Positions 1 through 9,455 of a stretch of 64,000 nt of DNA are shown piece by piece. A program made the translations under genes and the position numbers. The stretch spans positions 68,913 to 132,912 of the forward strand of contig JBMORA010000025.1 in the NCBI GenBank assembly GCA_049320885.1, given 5' to 3'. The notes under the pieces were generated by a model that was not told the DNA's origin, made no database searches, and was given only the letters and a program-made list of their open reading frames with translations. The first letter of the stretch is position 1; each line of letters opens with the position of its first letter. Source of the DNA: Thermodesulfobacteriota bacterium. GTDB lineage: Bacteria; Desulfobacterota; Desulfobacteria; Desulfobacterales; SURF-7.

Positions 1-380
1 GCGCAATGGCCTATGACTTCACGGTCATCCCCCTGATGGGGGTGCCGCTCAACACCATCGCCGCCTTGACCTTCGCTCTTGGATCGGCCCTGGCGGCGGT
101 GGCCGGCATCCTGTTCGGCGTCGCCTATCCGGTTCTGGATCCGTACATGGGGATCGTGTTCGGCTGGAAAGCGTTTGTGGCGGCGATTTTGGGGGGCCGC
201 GGCTCGATTCTCGGCGCCACCCTGGCGGGATTTCTCCTGGGTTTCATCGAAATTTTCGTGGCCATGATTTTCCCGTCGACATTGCGCGATCTCATCGCCT
301 ATTCGATCATCCTGCTGATTCTGGTTTTCAAACCCCATGGTTTTTTCGGCGAACCCCACAGCTCGCGCTTGCGGCTGTGA
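1..380 (+). CDS. livH: Branched-chain amino acid ABC permease, LivH-type (5'-truncated by window edge)
   Basis: Hydrophobic C-terminal part with KAFVAAILGG.GS..GA motif; first gene of a livHMGF order. Confidence 0.85.
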   Translation, partial: AMAYDFTVIPLMGVPLNTIAALTFALGSALAAVAGILFGVAYPVLDPYMGIVFGWKAFVAAILGGRGSILGATLAGFLLGFIEIFVAMIFPSTLRDLIAYSIILLILVFKPHGFFGEPHSSRLRL

Positions 381-432
381 GGGAAAGTACAATTGCAACT
401 GTCCGTAACTTGAATGGAGTCAAAGGGAATCC

Positions 433-1761
433 ATGGCAGTCAATGACCATCTGGCAGTCAAAAACCGCGGACCGGCCGGACGCTTCCGGTCCGCCTTCCG
501 GCATGTCCCTTTTCTGGGATGGCTTCTGGGAGCGCTTGCCGCCGTGCTGCTGGAGCAGGTTCTCGGCGACCTTGTCGCCGCCCTGCTGGGACTTCCTAAA
601 ATCCCGGTGCTGTTCGGCTGCATGATCATCCTGAAGGATCCCCTGCTGTTGCCGAGTACCGCGATGTATCTGGCCGTCATTTATCTGCTGCCCATCCTGG
701 TAACAGCCCGGCTCGTGGCTGCCCCGGCCAACCGGGCGGCCGCCTGGCTGCTCCGGGGCCCCATCTGGATGGCCACGCTAACCCATCTGCTGTTGTTCTA
801 CCTGATTTTGCATATCTGGGCCAATGTCAGCGCCTACCACGTGTTGAGCCTGAAGCTGACCCTCATCGCCGTCATCCTGACCCTGAGCCTGAACATCGTC
901 AACGGATACATGGGGGAATTTTCCTGTTCCCATCCCGGCTTCATGGCCCTGGGCGCCTATACGGCATCGGTTTTCACCATCCTGCTCTTCACCGACAACA
1001 AGCTCTTCGGAGCCGCCTGGCTGCCGCCTTCCCTGGGCCCCTTTCTGTTTCCCGCCGCCCTGCTGGCCGGAGGGGTTGCGGCCGCCCTGGGCGCCCTGAT
1101 CATCGCCATCCCTTCCTTTCGCACCCGGGGGGATTATCTGGCCATCATCTCCCTGGCCTTCCTGTTCATCGTCAAAAGCGTGATCGAAAACGCGGAGCTG
1201 GTGGGCGGACCGCGGGGTCTGAGCGGACAGCCGGATTATGCCGCCCTGCCGGTTGTGTTTCTGTGGTGCGCCGCCGCGGTCTGGATGATTCATAATTTTG
1301 TCAGCTCAACCATGGGGAAAGCCCTGAACGCGGTACGCGATGATGAGTTGGCGGCGGAGGCCATGACGGTGAACACCCGCCGGACGAAAATGATCGCCTT
1401 CCTGCTGGCCGCTTTTTGGGCCGGTATAGCCGGGGGTTTGTTCGCCCATGTGCTCCGGTATGTCAATCCGGGAACCTTCGGCATCCAGAAACTCGCCGAA
1501 GTCCTGGCCATGGTTTATTTCGGCGGACTCAACTCCGTCTACGGCTCCATCGTCGGCGCGGTCAGCCTGAGCCTGCTCTCCGACGCCTTGAGTCCCCTGG
1601 AATTGTATAAATGGATCATCATCCCGCTGATGCTGATCCTGATCATGATTTATCGCCCCACGGGACTTGTGGCATTCAAGGAATTCGATGTCCGGCGTCT
1701 GATGCGACCCCGGTTGCAACCGGAAGAAGAGGTGCTGCGTGACCATACTCCAAGTCCATAA
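433..1761 (+). CDS. livM: Branched-chain amino acid ABC permease, LivM-type, with extra N-terminal TM region
   Basis: SLNIVNGYMGEFS, RTRGDYLAI, AVRDDELAAEAM, RPTGL motifs. Confidence 0.88.
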   Translation: MAVNDHLAVKNRGPAGRFRSAFRHVPFLGWLLGALAAVLLEQVLGDLVAALLGLPKIPVLFGCMIILKDPLLLPSTAMYLAVIYLLPILVTARLVAAPANRAAAWLLRGPIWMATLTHLLLFYLILHIWANVSAYHVLSLKLTLIAVILTLSLNIVNGYMGEFSCSHPGFMALGAYTASVFTILLFTDNKLFGAAWLPPSLGPFLFPAALLAGGVAAALGALIIAIPSFRTRGDYLAIISLAFLFIVKSVIENAELVGGPRGLSGQPDYAALPVVFLWCAAAVWMIHNFVSSTMGKALNAVRDDELAAEAMTVNTRRTKMIAFLLAAFWAGIAGGLFAHVLRYVNPGTFGIQKLAEVLAMVYFGGLNSVYGSIVGAVSLSLLSDALSPLELYKWIIIPLMLILIMIYRPTGLVAFKEFDVRRLMRPRLQPEEEVLRDHTPSP

Positions 1762-2509
1762 CATGACCCATTACTTCGGAGGACTCCGGGCGGTTCATGA
1801 TTACAACCTGACCATCGAACCGGGCCAGATCCGGGGGCTCATCGGCCCCAACGGCGCGGGAAAAACCACGGTTTTCAATCTGATCACCGGCATCCATACG
1901 CCCGGCAGCGGGGAGATCATCCTGGACGGTGAGCCCATCAAGGGACTGCAACCCCATCAGATCGCCTCCCGCGGACTCGGCAGAACCTTTCAGAACCTGT
2001 GCCTCTGGCGGCACATGACTGTTCTCGAACATGTCAAAATGGCGCAATATTCCCGTATCCGCTATGGGTTGACCGGCGCCCTTTTCGGCACCGCGAAACG
2101 GCACCGGGAGGAAGCGGCCATCGCGGACCGCGCCATGGAATTGCTGGAATTGCTCGGCATCCCCCATCTGGCCGGACAGCTGGTGGTCAACCTTTCCTAT
2201 GGAGCCCAGCGCCGGGTCGAAATCGCTCGAGCCCTGGCCACCCGGCCAAAAGTGCTGTTTCTGGATGAGCCCACCGCCGGTATGAATCCCGAAGAACTGA
2301 CCCAGACCATGCAGATCGTTCGCGCGGTCCACCAAAAATTCGGCCTGGCCATTTTCCTCATCGAGCATCGCCTAAAACTGGTCATGGAGCTTTGCCACCG
2401 AATTCAGACCCTGGTTTTCGGCGAAGTCATCGCCGAGGGGACGCCGGATGAAATCCAGCGGGATCCGAAAGTCATCGAAGCCTATCTGGGGAAGGAGGTA
2501 ACCCACTGA
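1739..2509 (+). CDS. livG: Branched-chain amino acid ABC ATP-binding protein
   Basis: Walker A GPNGAGKTT, LSYGAQRRVEIARALA, LDEPTAG, C-terminal VIEAYLG. Confidence 0.92.
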   Translation: MTILQVHNMTHYFGGLRAVHDYNLTIEPGQIRGLIGPNGAGKTTVFNLITGIHTPGSGEIILDGEPIKGLQPHQIASRGLGRTFQNLCLWRHMTVLEHVKMAQYSRIRYGLTGALFGTAKRHREEAAIADRAMELLELLGIPHLAGQLVVNLSYGAQRRVEIARALATRPKVLFLDEPTAGMNPEELTQTMQIVRAVHQKFGLAIFLIEHRLKLVMELCHRIQTLVFGEVIAEGTPDEIQRDPKVIEAYLGKEVTH

Positions 2510-3222
2510 TGCTGGCGGTGGAAGATCTGAAGGTTTCCTATGACAAAATCCGCGCTCTCCATGGCATCTCCTTTCATATCGAGGCCGGGGAAATCGTCTG
2601 TATCATCGGCGCCAACGGCGCCGGGAAAAGCACGACGCTGAAGGCGATTTCCAGACTGATCCCCGTGGAGCCGGGCACCAGAATGACCTGCAACGGAACA
2701 AACCTCCTGGCCTGCACGGCCGACCAGATCGTCAGCGAGCTGGGAATCACCCATGTCCCGGAAGGACGCCGCCTGTTCGGCAACCTGACCATCCGTGAAA
2801 ATCTGCAACTGGCGACCTTTGCTCGCCGGGACAGGCGCAACATCCAGAAGGACATGGAGCGGGTTTTCACTATCTTCCCGCGCCTGGAGGAAAGACAACG
2901 CCAGAAATCCGGAACCCTCAGCGGCGGTGAGCAGCAGATGCTGGCCATCGGCAGGGCCTTCATGAGCGGCCGGAAAATCATGCTGCTGGATGAGCCCTCC
3001 ATGGGACTGGCCCCTTTATTGATGCTCAGCGTTTTCGAAGCCCTCCGGGAAATCAACCGCGAGGAAGGAACCGCCATTCTGCTGGTGGAGCAAAACGCCC
3101 GTCTGGCCTTGACATTTTCCACCAGGGGCTACGTCCTGGAAAACGGCCATCTGGTTCTCCAGGGCGAGTCCAAAGACCTGCTCGAAAACCCCCAGGTACA
3201 GAATGCCTACCTGGGTGGCTGA
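2509..3222 (+). CDS. livF: Branched-chain amino acid ABC ATP-binding protein
   Basis: GANGAGKST, VPEGRRLF, LSGGEQQMLAIGRA, LDEPSMGLAP. Confidence 0.93.
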   Translation: MLAVEDLKVSYDKIRALHGISFHIEAGEIVCIIGANGAGKSTTLKAISRLIPVEPGTRMTCNGTNLLACTADQIVSELGITHVPEGRRLFGNLTIRENLQLATFARRDRRNIQKDMERVFTIFPRLEERQRQKSGTLSGGEQQMLAIGRAFMSGRKIMLLDEPSMGLAPLLMLSVFEALREINREEGTAILLVEQNARLALTFSTRGYVLENGHLVLQGESKDLLENPQVQNAYLGG

Positions 3223-3385
3223 AAACCCATTCCCCCGGCAGGGGGCGGAAACGGAAAGAGCAAAAAAACGCCGGCGGATATAACAGCAACCTATTTATAT
3301 CTATATTTTTTTTAATTACCCATTTTGCTTCTCGAACCCCCCGGAAACTTTTTTATAATCCGCCCGGAAAACCTGCATTATTTTA

Positions 3386-3414
3386 TTGACATCACCGTTC
3401 AATCTCTTCATACT
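3386..3414 (+). promoter_or_regulatory. Candidate sigma-70 promoter upstream of the kamA cluster
   Basis: TTGACA-17 nt-CATACT in an AT-rich intergenic region. Confidence 0.45.
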
Positions 3415-3667
3415 TGCCATCGCAAACGGATCAAGATTTACCTCTCTGTTGCTACAGGAGCCCAATGGCCGCTTCCCAGGCACCAACGGAATTTTTCAGG
3501 GCCGCTTCCACCTGGCCGGATAACTACCCGATCGATAGAGTAAAATATTTTTTCCATTTTCTGTTTATTCGCTTGCATTTTTTAGGCAAGTCATTATATT
3601 TCGCGCTGATGAAATTCGGCCCGCCAGGGACCGCTTTTCGGATGCGGAGAAACAGGCGTCGAACTGT

Positions 3668-3697
3668 GCAGATCAACCCCAAGCAGATCAACCCCAA
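3668..3697 (+). repeat. Perfect 15-bp tandem direct repeat just upstream of kamA
   Basis: GCAGATCAACCCCAA x2. Confidence 0.85.
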
Positions 3698-3717
3698 ATG
3701 GACAAGGAGAGTAACAA

Positions 3718-5037
3718 ATGAAGAGCGCCTTCGGCATGACTGGTCGACCCATTTCGGCTGAATCGCCGTGTAACCTGGAAGACAAGGAAGACGAGCCTCC
3801 CGGTTGTAGCGCGGCCCAACCCCTTCCCCCCTTATCTTCTCCCGCACCGTCCCCGGTGCGCGGCCTGCTCGTAACATTTCCCATTTATCGGACCAGTGGC
3901 TATCATCCGGCCGCCAGAAAATTTCGGAAACGGTTTTTCCCGAACATTTCTAGCAAATTGTGGAATGACTGGCAATGGCAGGTCAGCCATCGCATCCGCA
4001 CCGCCGAACAGCTTGAAGTCATGCTCAAACTGTCCGACAACGAACGCGAAGCCTTGTTGTTGAATGCCGTAAAATTACCCCTGGGCATCACGCCCTATTA
4101 CATGAGCCTGATTTCCCGCGAGGATGCGGCTCAGCCGCTGCGGCGCACGGTGGTTCCCACGGCGCATGAGTTTCTGCGCTCGGCGGGCGAGGCGGACGAC
4201 CCCCTTGGCGAGGAATCCCAGAGTCCCTTGCCGGGTCTGGTGCATCGGTATCCGGACCGGGTGTTGCTGCTGCTGCAGGACTTCTGTTCCACCTACTGCC
4301 GGTATTGCACCCGCTCCCGGGTGGTCGGGCACGGGAAAATCATTCCCAGCCGCAGCCGTCTGGAAAAAGCCCTGGCCTATATCGAGGAAACCAAGCAGAT
4401 CCGGGACGTGCTGTTGTCCGGCGGGGATCCGCTGGTGCAGGGGGACGATCGTCTGGAATGGATTCTTTCGCGCCTGCGGCGGATCCCCCATGTGGAGATC
4501 ATCCGCATCGGCACAAAAGTGCCGGCGGTTCTTCCCCAGCGGATTACTCCCAAATTCGTAAAAATGCTGAAAAAATATCACCCGCTGTGGATGAGTCTGC
4601 ACTTCACCCACCCGGATGAATGCACGCCGGAAGCCTACCGGGCGTGCGGCATGCTGGCCGATGCCGGTATTCCCCTTGGGTCCCAGACAGTCTTGCTGAA
4701 AGGGATCAACGATGACGTGGATACCATGAAGGCCTTGATGCACCACCTGATGAAGATGCGTGTCCGGCCCTATTACCTGTATCAATGCGATCCGATCAGC
4801 GGGTCCACCCATTTCCGCGCTCCGGTGGAAAAAGGCATCGAGATCATCCGGGGATTGCGCGGGTTCACCTCCGGCTATGCGGTGCCCACCTATGTGGTGG
4901 ACGCCCCCGGCGGCGGCGGTAAAATTCCGGTCACGCCGAATTATGTCGTCGGCAGGGAAAAAGAGGACCTCGTCCTGACCAATTATGAAAACGGCCTCTA
5001 CCGTTATCCGGACGGCCCCTGTCCCCTGGATCGATAG
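3718..5037 (+). CDS. kamA: KamA-family radical SAM/PLP aminomutase (lysine 2,3-aminomutase-like)
   Basis: HRYPDRVL, CxxxCxxC (CSTYCRYC), LLSGGDP, YQCD, YVVDAPGGGGK (PLP lysine); AGGAG RBS. Confidence 0.9.
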   Translation: MKSAFGMTGRPISAESPCNLEDKEDEPPGCSAAQPLPPLSSPAPSPVRGLLVTFPIYRTSGYHPAARKFRKRFFPNISSKLWNDWQWQVSHRIRTAEQLEVMLKLSDNEREALLLNAVKLPLGITPYYMSLISREDAAQPLRRTVVPTAHEFLRSAGEADDPLGEESQSPLPGLVHRYPDRVLLLLQDFCSTYCRYCTRSRVVGHGKIIPSRSRLEKALAYIEETKQIRDVLLSGGDPLVQGDDRLEWILSRLRRIPHVEIIRIGTKVPAVLPQRITPKFVKMLKKYHPLWMSLHFTHPDECTPEAYRACGMLADAGIPLGSQTVLLKGINDDVDTMKALMHHLMKMRVRPYYLYQCDPISGSTHFRAPVEKGIEIIRGLRGFTSGYAVPTYVVDAPGGGGKIPVTPNYVVGREKEDLVLTNYENGLYRYPDGPCPLDR

Positions 5038-5049
5038 TCATTGCGCGCC

Positions 5050-5095
5050 ACGGGGCGCCGGGGATAAGGCATCCCCCGGCGCCCCGTACTTTTTT
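5050..5095 (+). terminator. Strong GC hairpin plus U-tract between kamA and the first ligase
   Basis: ACGGGGCGCCGGGGAT-aaggc-ATCCCCCGGCGCCCCGT followed by ACTTTTTT. Confidence 0.7.
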
Positions 5096-5145
5096 GCATG
5101 AGGCCGCCTGCTGGCTTCATGAACTGTACCAGGAGATGTTACTGG

Positions 5146-6147
5146 ATGAAACTGACCATTGGACTGACTTACGATCTGCGATCTGAATATCTCGCCATGG
5201 GATACAGCGAAGACCAGACCGCCGAATTCGACCGGGACGATACCCTGACGGCCATTGAAGCGACTCTCGAATCGCTGGGCCATCGCACGGAGCGGATCGG
5301 GAATGCCAAAAAACTGGTGGCAGCGCTGGCGGCTGGTAACCGCTGGGATCTGGTGTTCAATATCGCCGAAGGCCTTCATGGCATCGGCCGGGAAGCCCAG
5401 GTTCCGGCCATATTGGATCTCTATGAAATTCCGTATACCTTTTCCGATCCGCTGGTGATGAGTCTGACCCTGCACAAGGCCATGACCAAACGGGTCATCC
5501 GGGACGCCGGTGTCCCCACCACCGACTTCCGGGTGGTGGAAACGCCCGCCGATCCGCTGGATGTTCCCTTTGCCCCCCCGTTTTTCGCCAAACCACTGGC
5601 CGAAGGAACCGGCAAGGGCGTATCTCCCGATTCCATCGTCCACAATACCCAAGACCTGAAAGCGCTTTGTGCCCGCCTCATCGGCACTTACCGCCAGCCG
5701 GTTCTGGTGGAGCCATACCTTCCCGGCCGGGAATTCACCACCGGTCTGATCGGTACCGGCCCCAAGGCAAGCGTCCTCGGGACCATCGAAGTCACGCTCC
5801 TTACAACCGCCGAACCCGGAGTGTATTCCTATATCAACAAGGAGCAGTGCGAACAACGGGTGACCTACAGCCTGCCGCGCCCGGATCAGGACCCGGTGGT
5901 GGCCGCCGCTGAAAAAGTCGCCCTGGACGCCTGGCGGGTCTTGGGCTGCCGCGACGCCGGACGCATCGATCTGCGCTGCGACGCAGCCGGCCGCCCCCAG
6001 TTCATCGAAGTCAACCCGCTGGCCGGCATCCATCCGGAGCATTCGGATCTGCCCATCATCTGCAACCACCTGGGATTGCCGTACCGCACCCTCATCGAGC
6101 GTATCGTCGCTTCGGCCGCGGAAAGAATCGCCCGGGATCCGGAATAA
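5146..6147 (+). CDS. D-Ala-D-Ala-ligase-like ATP-grasp protein 1
   Basis: VFNIAEG, GREAQVPA.LD, FAKP..EGTGKG, PGREFT, GRID.R, FIEVNPLAG; lacks the canonical Ddl GGxSxEH motif. Confidence 0.85.
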   Translation: MKLTIGLTYDLRSEYLAMGYSEDQTAEFDRDDTLTAIEATLESLGHRTERIGNAKKLVAALAAGNRWDLVFNIAEGLHGIGREAQVPAILDLYEIPYTFSDPLVMSLTLHKAMTKRVIRDAGVPTTDFRVVETPADPLDVPFAPPFFAKPLAEGTGKGVSPDSIVHNTQDLKALCARLIGTYRQPVLVEPYLPGREFTTGLIGTGPKASVLGTIEVTLLTTAEPGVYSYINKEQCEQRVTYSLPRPDQDPVVAAAEKVALDAWRVLGCRDAGRIDLRCDAAGRPQFIEVNPLAGIHPEHSDLPIICNHLGLPYRTLIERIVASAAERIARDPE

Positions 6148-6160
6148 GGAGGAAAACGGC

Positions 6161-7153
6161 ATGCGGGTGGCCATCGTGCATGACCGGGTGGATTCGGATG
6201 CGAATCCGGATGCCCGTGACGTTCTGATCCAAGCCGAGGCGGTCCGGGCGGGACTGGAAAACCTGGGCCACACCGTCATGGTGCTGCCCTGCGATCTGGA
6301 TCTGGAAAAAGTCATGGTCGACCTGGACCGGTTTCATACCGGAGCGGTCTTCAACCTAGTGGAATCCATCGGCGGACATGGCCGGCTGATCCATCTGCTG
6401 CCTTTCTGCCTCGACGCGGCCGGCCTGCCCTATACCGGCGCGAGGGCGGAGGCCATGCTGGCGACTTCCAACAAAACCATGGCCAAAACCATCCTCCAGG
6501 CGGCCGGACTGTTCACGCCCGATTGGGTCGGGCCTTTCCCGGCTTCCCCGGGTGAGCCCCCCCGTCCGGCGGAAGAACCGGCGGATTGGATCATCAAATC
6601 CGTCTGGGAACACGCCTCCATTGGACTCGATGAGACCGCCATCGTGGGGAAGGTTTTCCCCAAGGAGGCGGCGGCCCTCCTGCCGGAGCGGGCCGGCAAA
6701 CTCGGTAACGCCTGCTTTGCCGAAAAATTCATCGACGGCCGGGAGTTCAACCTGTCCCTTCTCGGCGGGAAAACAGGGCCCACGGTGCTGCCGCCGGCGG
6801 AGATCCATTTTACGGGATACGCTCCGGAAAAACCCAGAATCGTCGACTACCGCGCCAAATGGGATGAGGCTTCCTTCGAATTTCACCATACCCCCCGCTG
6901 TTTCGATTTTCCGGAAGAAGACCGGCCGTTGCTGGAAAGGCTCTCCAAGGCCGCCCTGGGCTGCTGGGAGCTCTTCCGCCTCCGGGGATACGCCCGGGTG
7001 GATTTCCGGGTGGATTTCCAGGGACGCCCCTGGATCCTGGAAGTCAACGCCAATCCCTGCCTTTCTCCGGATGCCGGTTTCGCAGCAGCTCTCCAGCGCG
7101 CCGGAATTTCCTTTCCCGAGGCAGTGCAGCGGATTCTGGACGATATGACCTGA
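6161..7153 (+). CDS. D-Ala-D-Ala-ligase-like ATP-grasp protein 2
   Basis: VFNLVES, PYTG, IIKSVWEHASIG, FIDGREFN, GYARVDFR, ILEVNANP. Confidence 0.85.
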   Translation: MRVAIVHDRVDSDANPDARDVLIQAEAVRAGLENLGHTVMVLPCDLDLEKVMVDLDRFHTGAVFNLVESIGGHGRLIHLLPFCLDAAGLPYTGARAEAMLATSNKTMAKTILQAAGLFTPDWVGPFPASPGEPPRPAEEPADWIIKSVWEHASIGLDETAIVGKVFPKEAAALLPERAGKLGNACFAEKFIDGREFNLSLLGGKTGPTVLPPAEIHFTGYAPEKPRIVDYRAKWDEASFEFHHTPRCFDFPEEDRPLLERLSKAALGCWELFRLRGYARVDFRVDFQGRPWILEVNANPCLSPDAGFAAALQRAGISFPEAVQRILDDMT

Positions 7154-7178
7154 AGCGCTTGGAAAGGACTGTACGGAT

Positions 7179-9440
7179 ATGTTCCGCATCCGCAGCATTT
7201 ACGATGATTCCCTGCCTGTCAACCGGGAAAGCATTCGCCAGATCAAGGACATCCTGCGAAGCCGTTTCAGCGCCGTTCCAGAGCCGGAAATCGACTCCAT
7301 CGAGGAAAAACTCCGCAATCCCTTCAAGCGGCGTTTCCGCAGCATCCTGCTGGCGGCCGAGACGCTGCGGGGAAAAGTGCTCGGCTTCGCCATGCTGCTG
7401 CATGATCCGGAAATCGGATTCGTCTTTCTGGATTGGATCGCCGCCGGAACCGGACGGGCCGGCAGCGGCATCGGCGGCGCGCTTTACGACCGCGTGCGGC
7501 TGGAATCCGCGACCCTGAAGGTCAAAGGCCTGTTTTTTGAATGCCTGCCCGACGAAAAATCCGCTTGCCCGGATGCCGCCCTGCTGAAGGACAACCGGGC
7601 GCGCCTGCGCTTCTACGAACGGTATGGCGCCCGCCCCATCGTGAATACGGCCTATGAATCGCCCGTGAATCCAGGGGACGGCTGCATGCCATACCTGGTC
7701 TACGACGGTCTCGGGTCCGACGCCGCTCCGAGCAGGTCCTTCGCCAAAAAAGTGATCCGTGCCATTTTGGAACGCAAATACCTGGAATACTGCCCGCCGG
7801 ACTATGTAGAAAAAGTCCTTGCCTCGCTGAAAGACGATCCGGTCCGGATACGCCCTTTCCGCTACCTCAAACCCGAAACCATCCATACCGGGCTGGAGCG
7901 CCGCGCCGCCGAGCAAATCGCCCTGATTGTGAACGAACGCCATGAAATTCACCATGTTCATGAACGCGGCTATGTGGAGTCGCCCGTGCGGGTACGCAGC
8001 ATCCTCATCGAGCTGGACAAGAGCGGTTTGTTTACCCGGATCGCTCCGCGCCTGTTTCCCGACAAGCATATCCAGGCCGTGCATGACCCCGATTTCATCC
8101 AATACCTGCGCAAGGCCTGCGCCGAAGTACCGGAAGGCAAATCCCTGTATCCCTATGTTTTTCCCATCCGCAACAAGACCCGCCCGCCCAGGGAACCGTC
8201 GGTACTGGCCGGATACTACTGCATCGACACCTTCACGCCCATCAACCGCAACGCGTTTCCGGCGGCCCGGGCCGCCGTCGATTGCGCCCTCACGGCGGCC
8301 CGGGAGATTCTGGACGGCCGCCGGATCTCCTACGCCCTGATCCGCCCCCCCGGCCACCACGCCGAACGCCGGGCCTTCGGCGGCTTCTGTTATTTCAACA
8401 ACTGCGCCATCGCCGCCCACTATCTGAGCAGCCACGGCAAAGTCGCCATCCTGGATCTGGACCATCACCACGGCAACGGCCAGCAGGATATTTTCTACCG
8501 GCGTTCCGATGTCCTGACCGTCTCCCTCCACGGCCACCCCGAATACGCCTATCCCTATTTCAGCGGATTCCGGGAGGAGACCGGCGAAGGCGAGGGCGAC
8601 GGCTACAACCTCAACCTGCCGCTGCCTGAAAAAACCGGCGGCAAGGACTACCGCCGGGCGCTATCCGCGGCAATGGAACGGATCCGGGATTTCGACCCCC
8701 GCTTCCTGGTGGTGGCGTTGGGCCTTGATACGGCCAAGGGCGACCCCACCGGCACCTTTTCGCTGACCCGCAGCGACTTTGAAGAAAACGGCCGCATGGT
8801 CGGCGCCATGGGATACCCCCTCGCCGTGATCCAGGAAGGCGGTTACCGCACCCGCACCCTGGGCATCAACGCCCGGGCCTTTTTCCAGGGCCTGGAGGCC
8901 GGCGTCCGGCAATGGAAGGCTTTCCGCCGGGAACCCAAAAGACCTCTGCACGGTGTCGTGTTGCGCACGGAACCGGGACCGGCCGATCCCGGACGCATCC
9001 GGCGTCTGGTGGACCTCACCGGCTTTTTTTCTCCCGACGAGGTCGCCGTGGCCGAGGAACTGGTCCTGGAAAGGCTGGAAAAAGGCGCCGCCAGCGACTA
9101 TTTTTTCGTCATCGCCGAACACGACGGCCGCCTGGCCGGCTATACGTGTTACGGGCCCATACCCTGCACCCGCTCAAGCCATGACCTGTATTGGATCGCC
9201 GTGCATCCCGAAATGCAGGGCCGGGGAATGGGGCGGATGCTCCTGCTGGAAAGCGAACGTCGCATCAAGGCGGCCGGCGGCGAACGGGTGTATGTGGATA
9301 CCTCCGAGCGGGAGCAATACGCCGGCACCAGGGCATTTTACGAAAACAACGGCTACCGCCTGGAATGCGTCCTGGCCGATTTTTACGCCCCGGGCGACGG
9401 CAAGGTGATTTACTGCAAAACCCTGACTCAAGCTCCCTGA
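7179..9440 (+). CDS. Fusion: GNAT-like domain + Zn deacetylase (HDAC/acetylpolyamine amidohydrolase family) + C-terminal GNAT acetyltransferase
   Basis: N-terminal RAGSGIGGAL...RLRFYERYG; central RPPGHHA, GGFCYFNN, DLDHHHGNG, GLD...DP, QEGGY; C-terminal LYWIAVHPEMQGRGMG...RAFYENNGY. Confidence 0.88.
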   Translation: MFRIRSIYDDSLPVNRESIRQIKDILRSRFSAVPEPEIDSIEEKLRNPFKRRFRSILLAAETLRGKVLGFAMLLHDPEIGFVFLDWIAAGTGRAGSGIGGALYDRVRLESATLKVKGLFFECLPDEKSACPDAALLKDNRARLRFYERYGARPIVNTAYESPVNPGDGCMPYLVYDGLGSDAAPSRSFAKKVIRAILERKYLEYCPPDYVEKVLASLKDDPVRIRPFRYLKPETIHTGLERRAAEQIALIVNERHEIHHVHERGYVESPVRVRSILIELDKSGLFTRIAPRLFPDKHIQAVHDPDFIQYLRKACAEVPEGKSLYPYVFPIRNKTRPPREPSVLAGYYCIDTFTPINRNAFPAARAAVDCALTAAREILDGRRISYALIRPPGHHAERRAFGGFCYFNNCAIAAHYLSSHGKVAILDLDHHHGNGQQDIFYRRSDVLTVSLHGHPEYAYPYFSGFREETGEGEGDGYNLNLPLPEKTGGKDYRRALSAAMERIRDFDPRFLVVALGLDTAKGDPTGTFSLTRSDFEENGRMVGAMGYPLAVIQEGGYRTRTLGINARAFFQGLEAGVRQWKAFRREPKRPLHGVVLRTEPGPADPGRIRRLVDLTGFFSPDEVAVAEELVLERLEKGAASDYFFVIAEHDGRLAGYTCYGPIPCTRSSHDLYWIAVHPEMQGRGMGRMLLLESERRIKAAGGERVYVDTSEREQYAGTRAFYENNGYRLECVLADFYAPGDGKVIYCKTLTQAP

Positions 9441-9455
9441 TGCGCCGCAACTCCC

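Noticed and set aside
5146..7153. Housekeeping ddl genes or a microviridin/graspetide RiPP locus
   Set aside because: No Ddl GGxSxEH motif or mur/fts context; the enzymes look Ddl-like rather than RimK-like, and no precursor peptide was identified.
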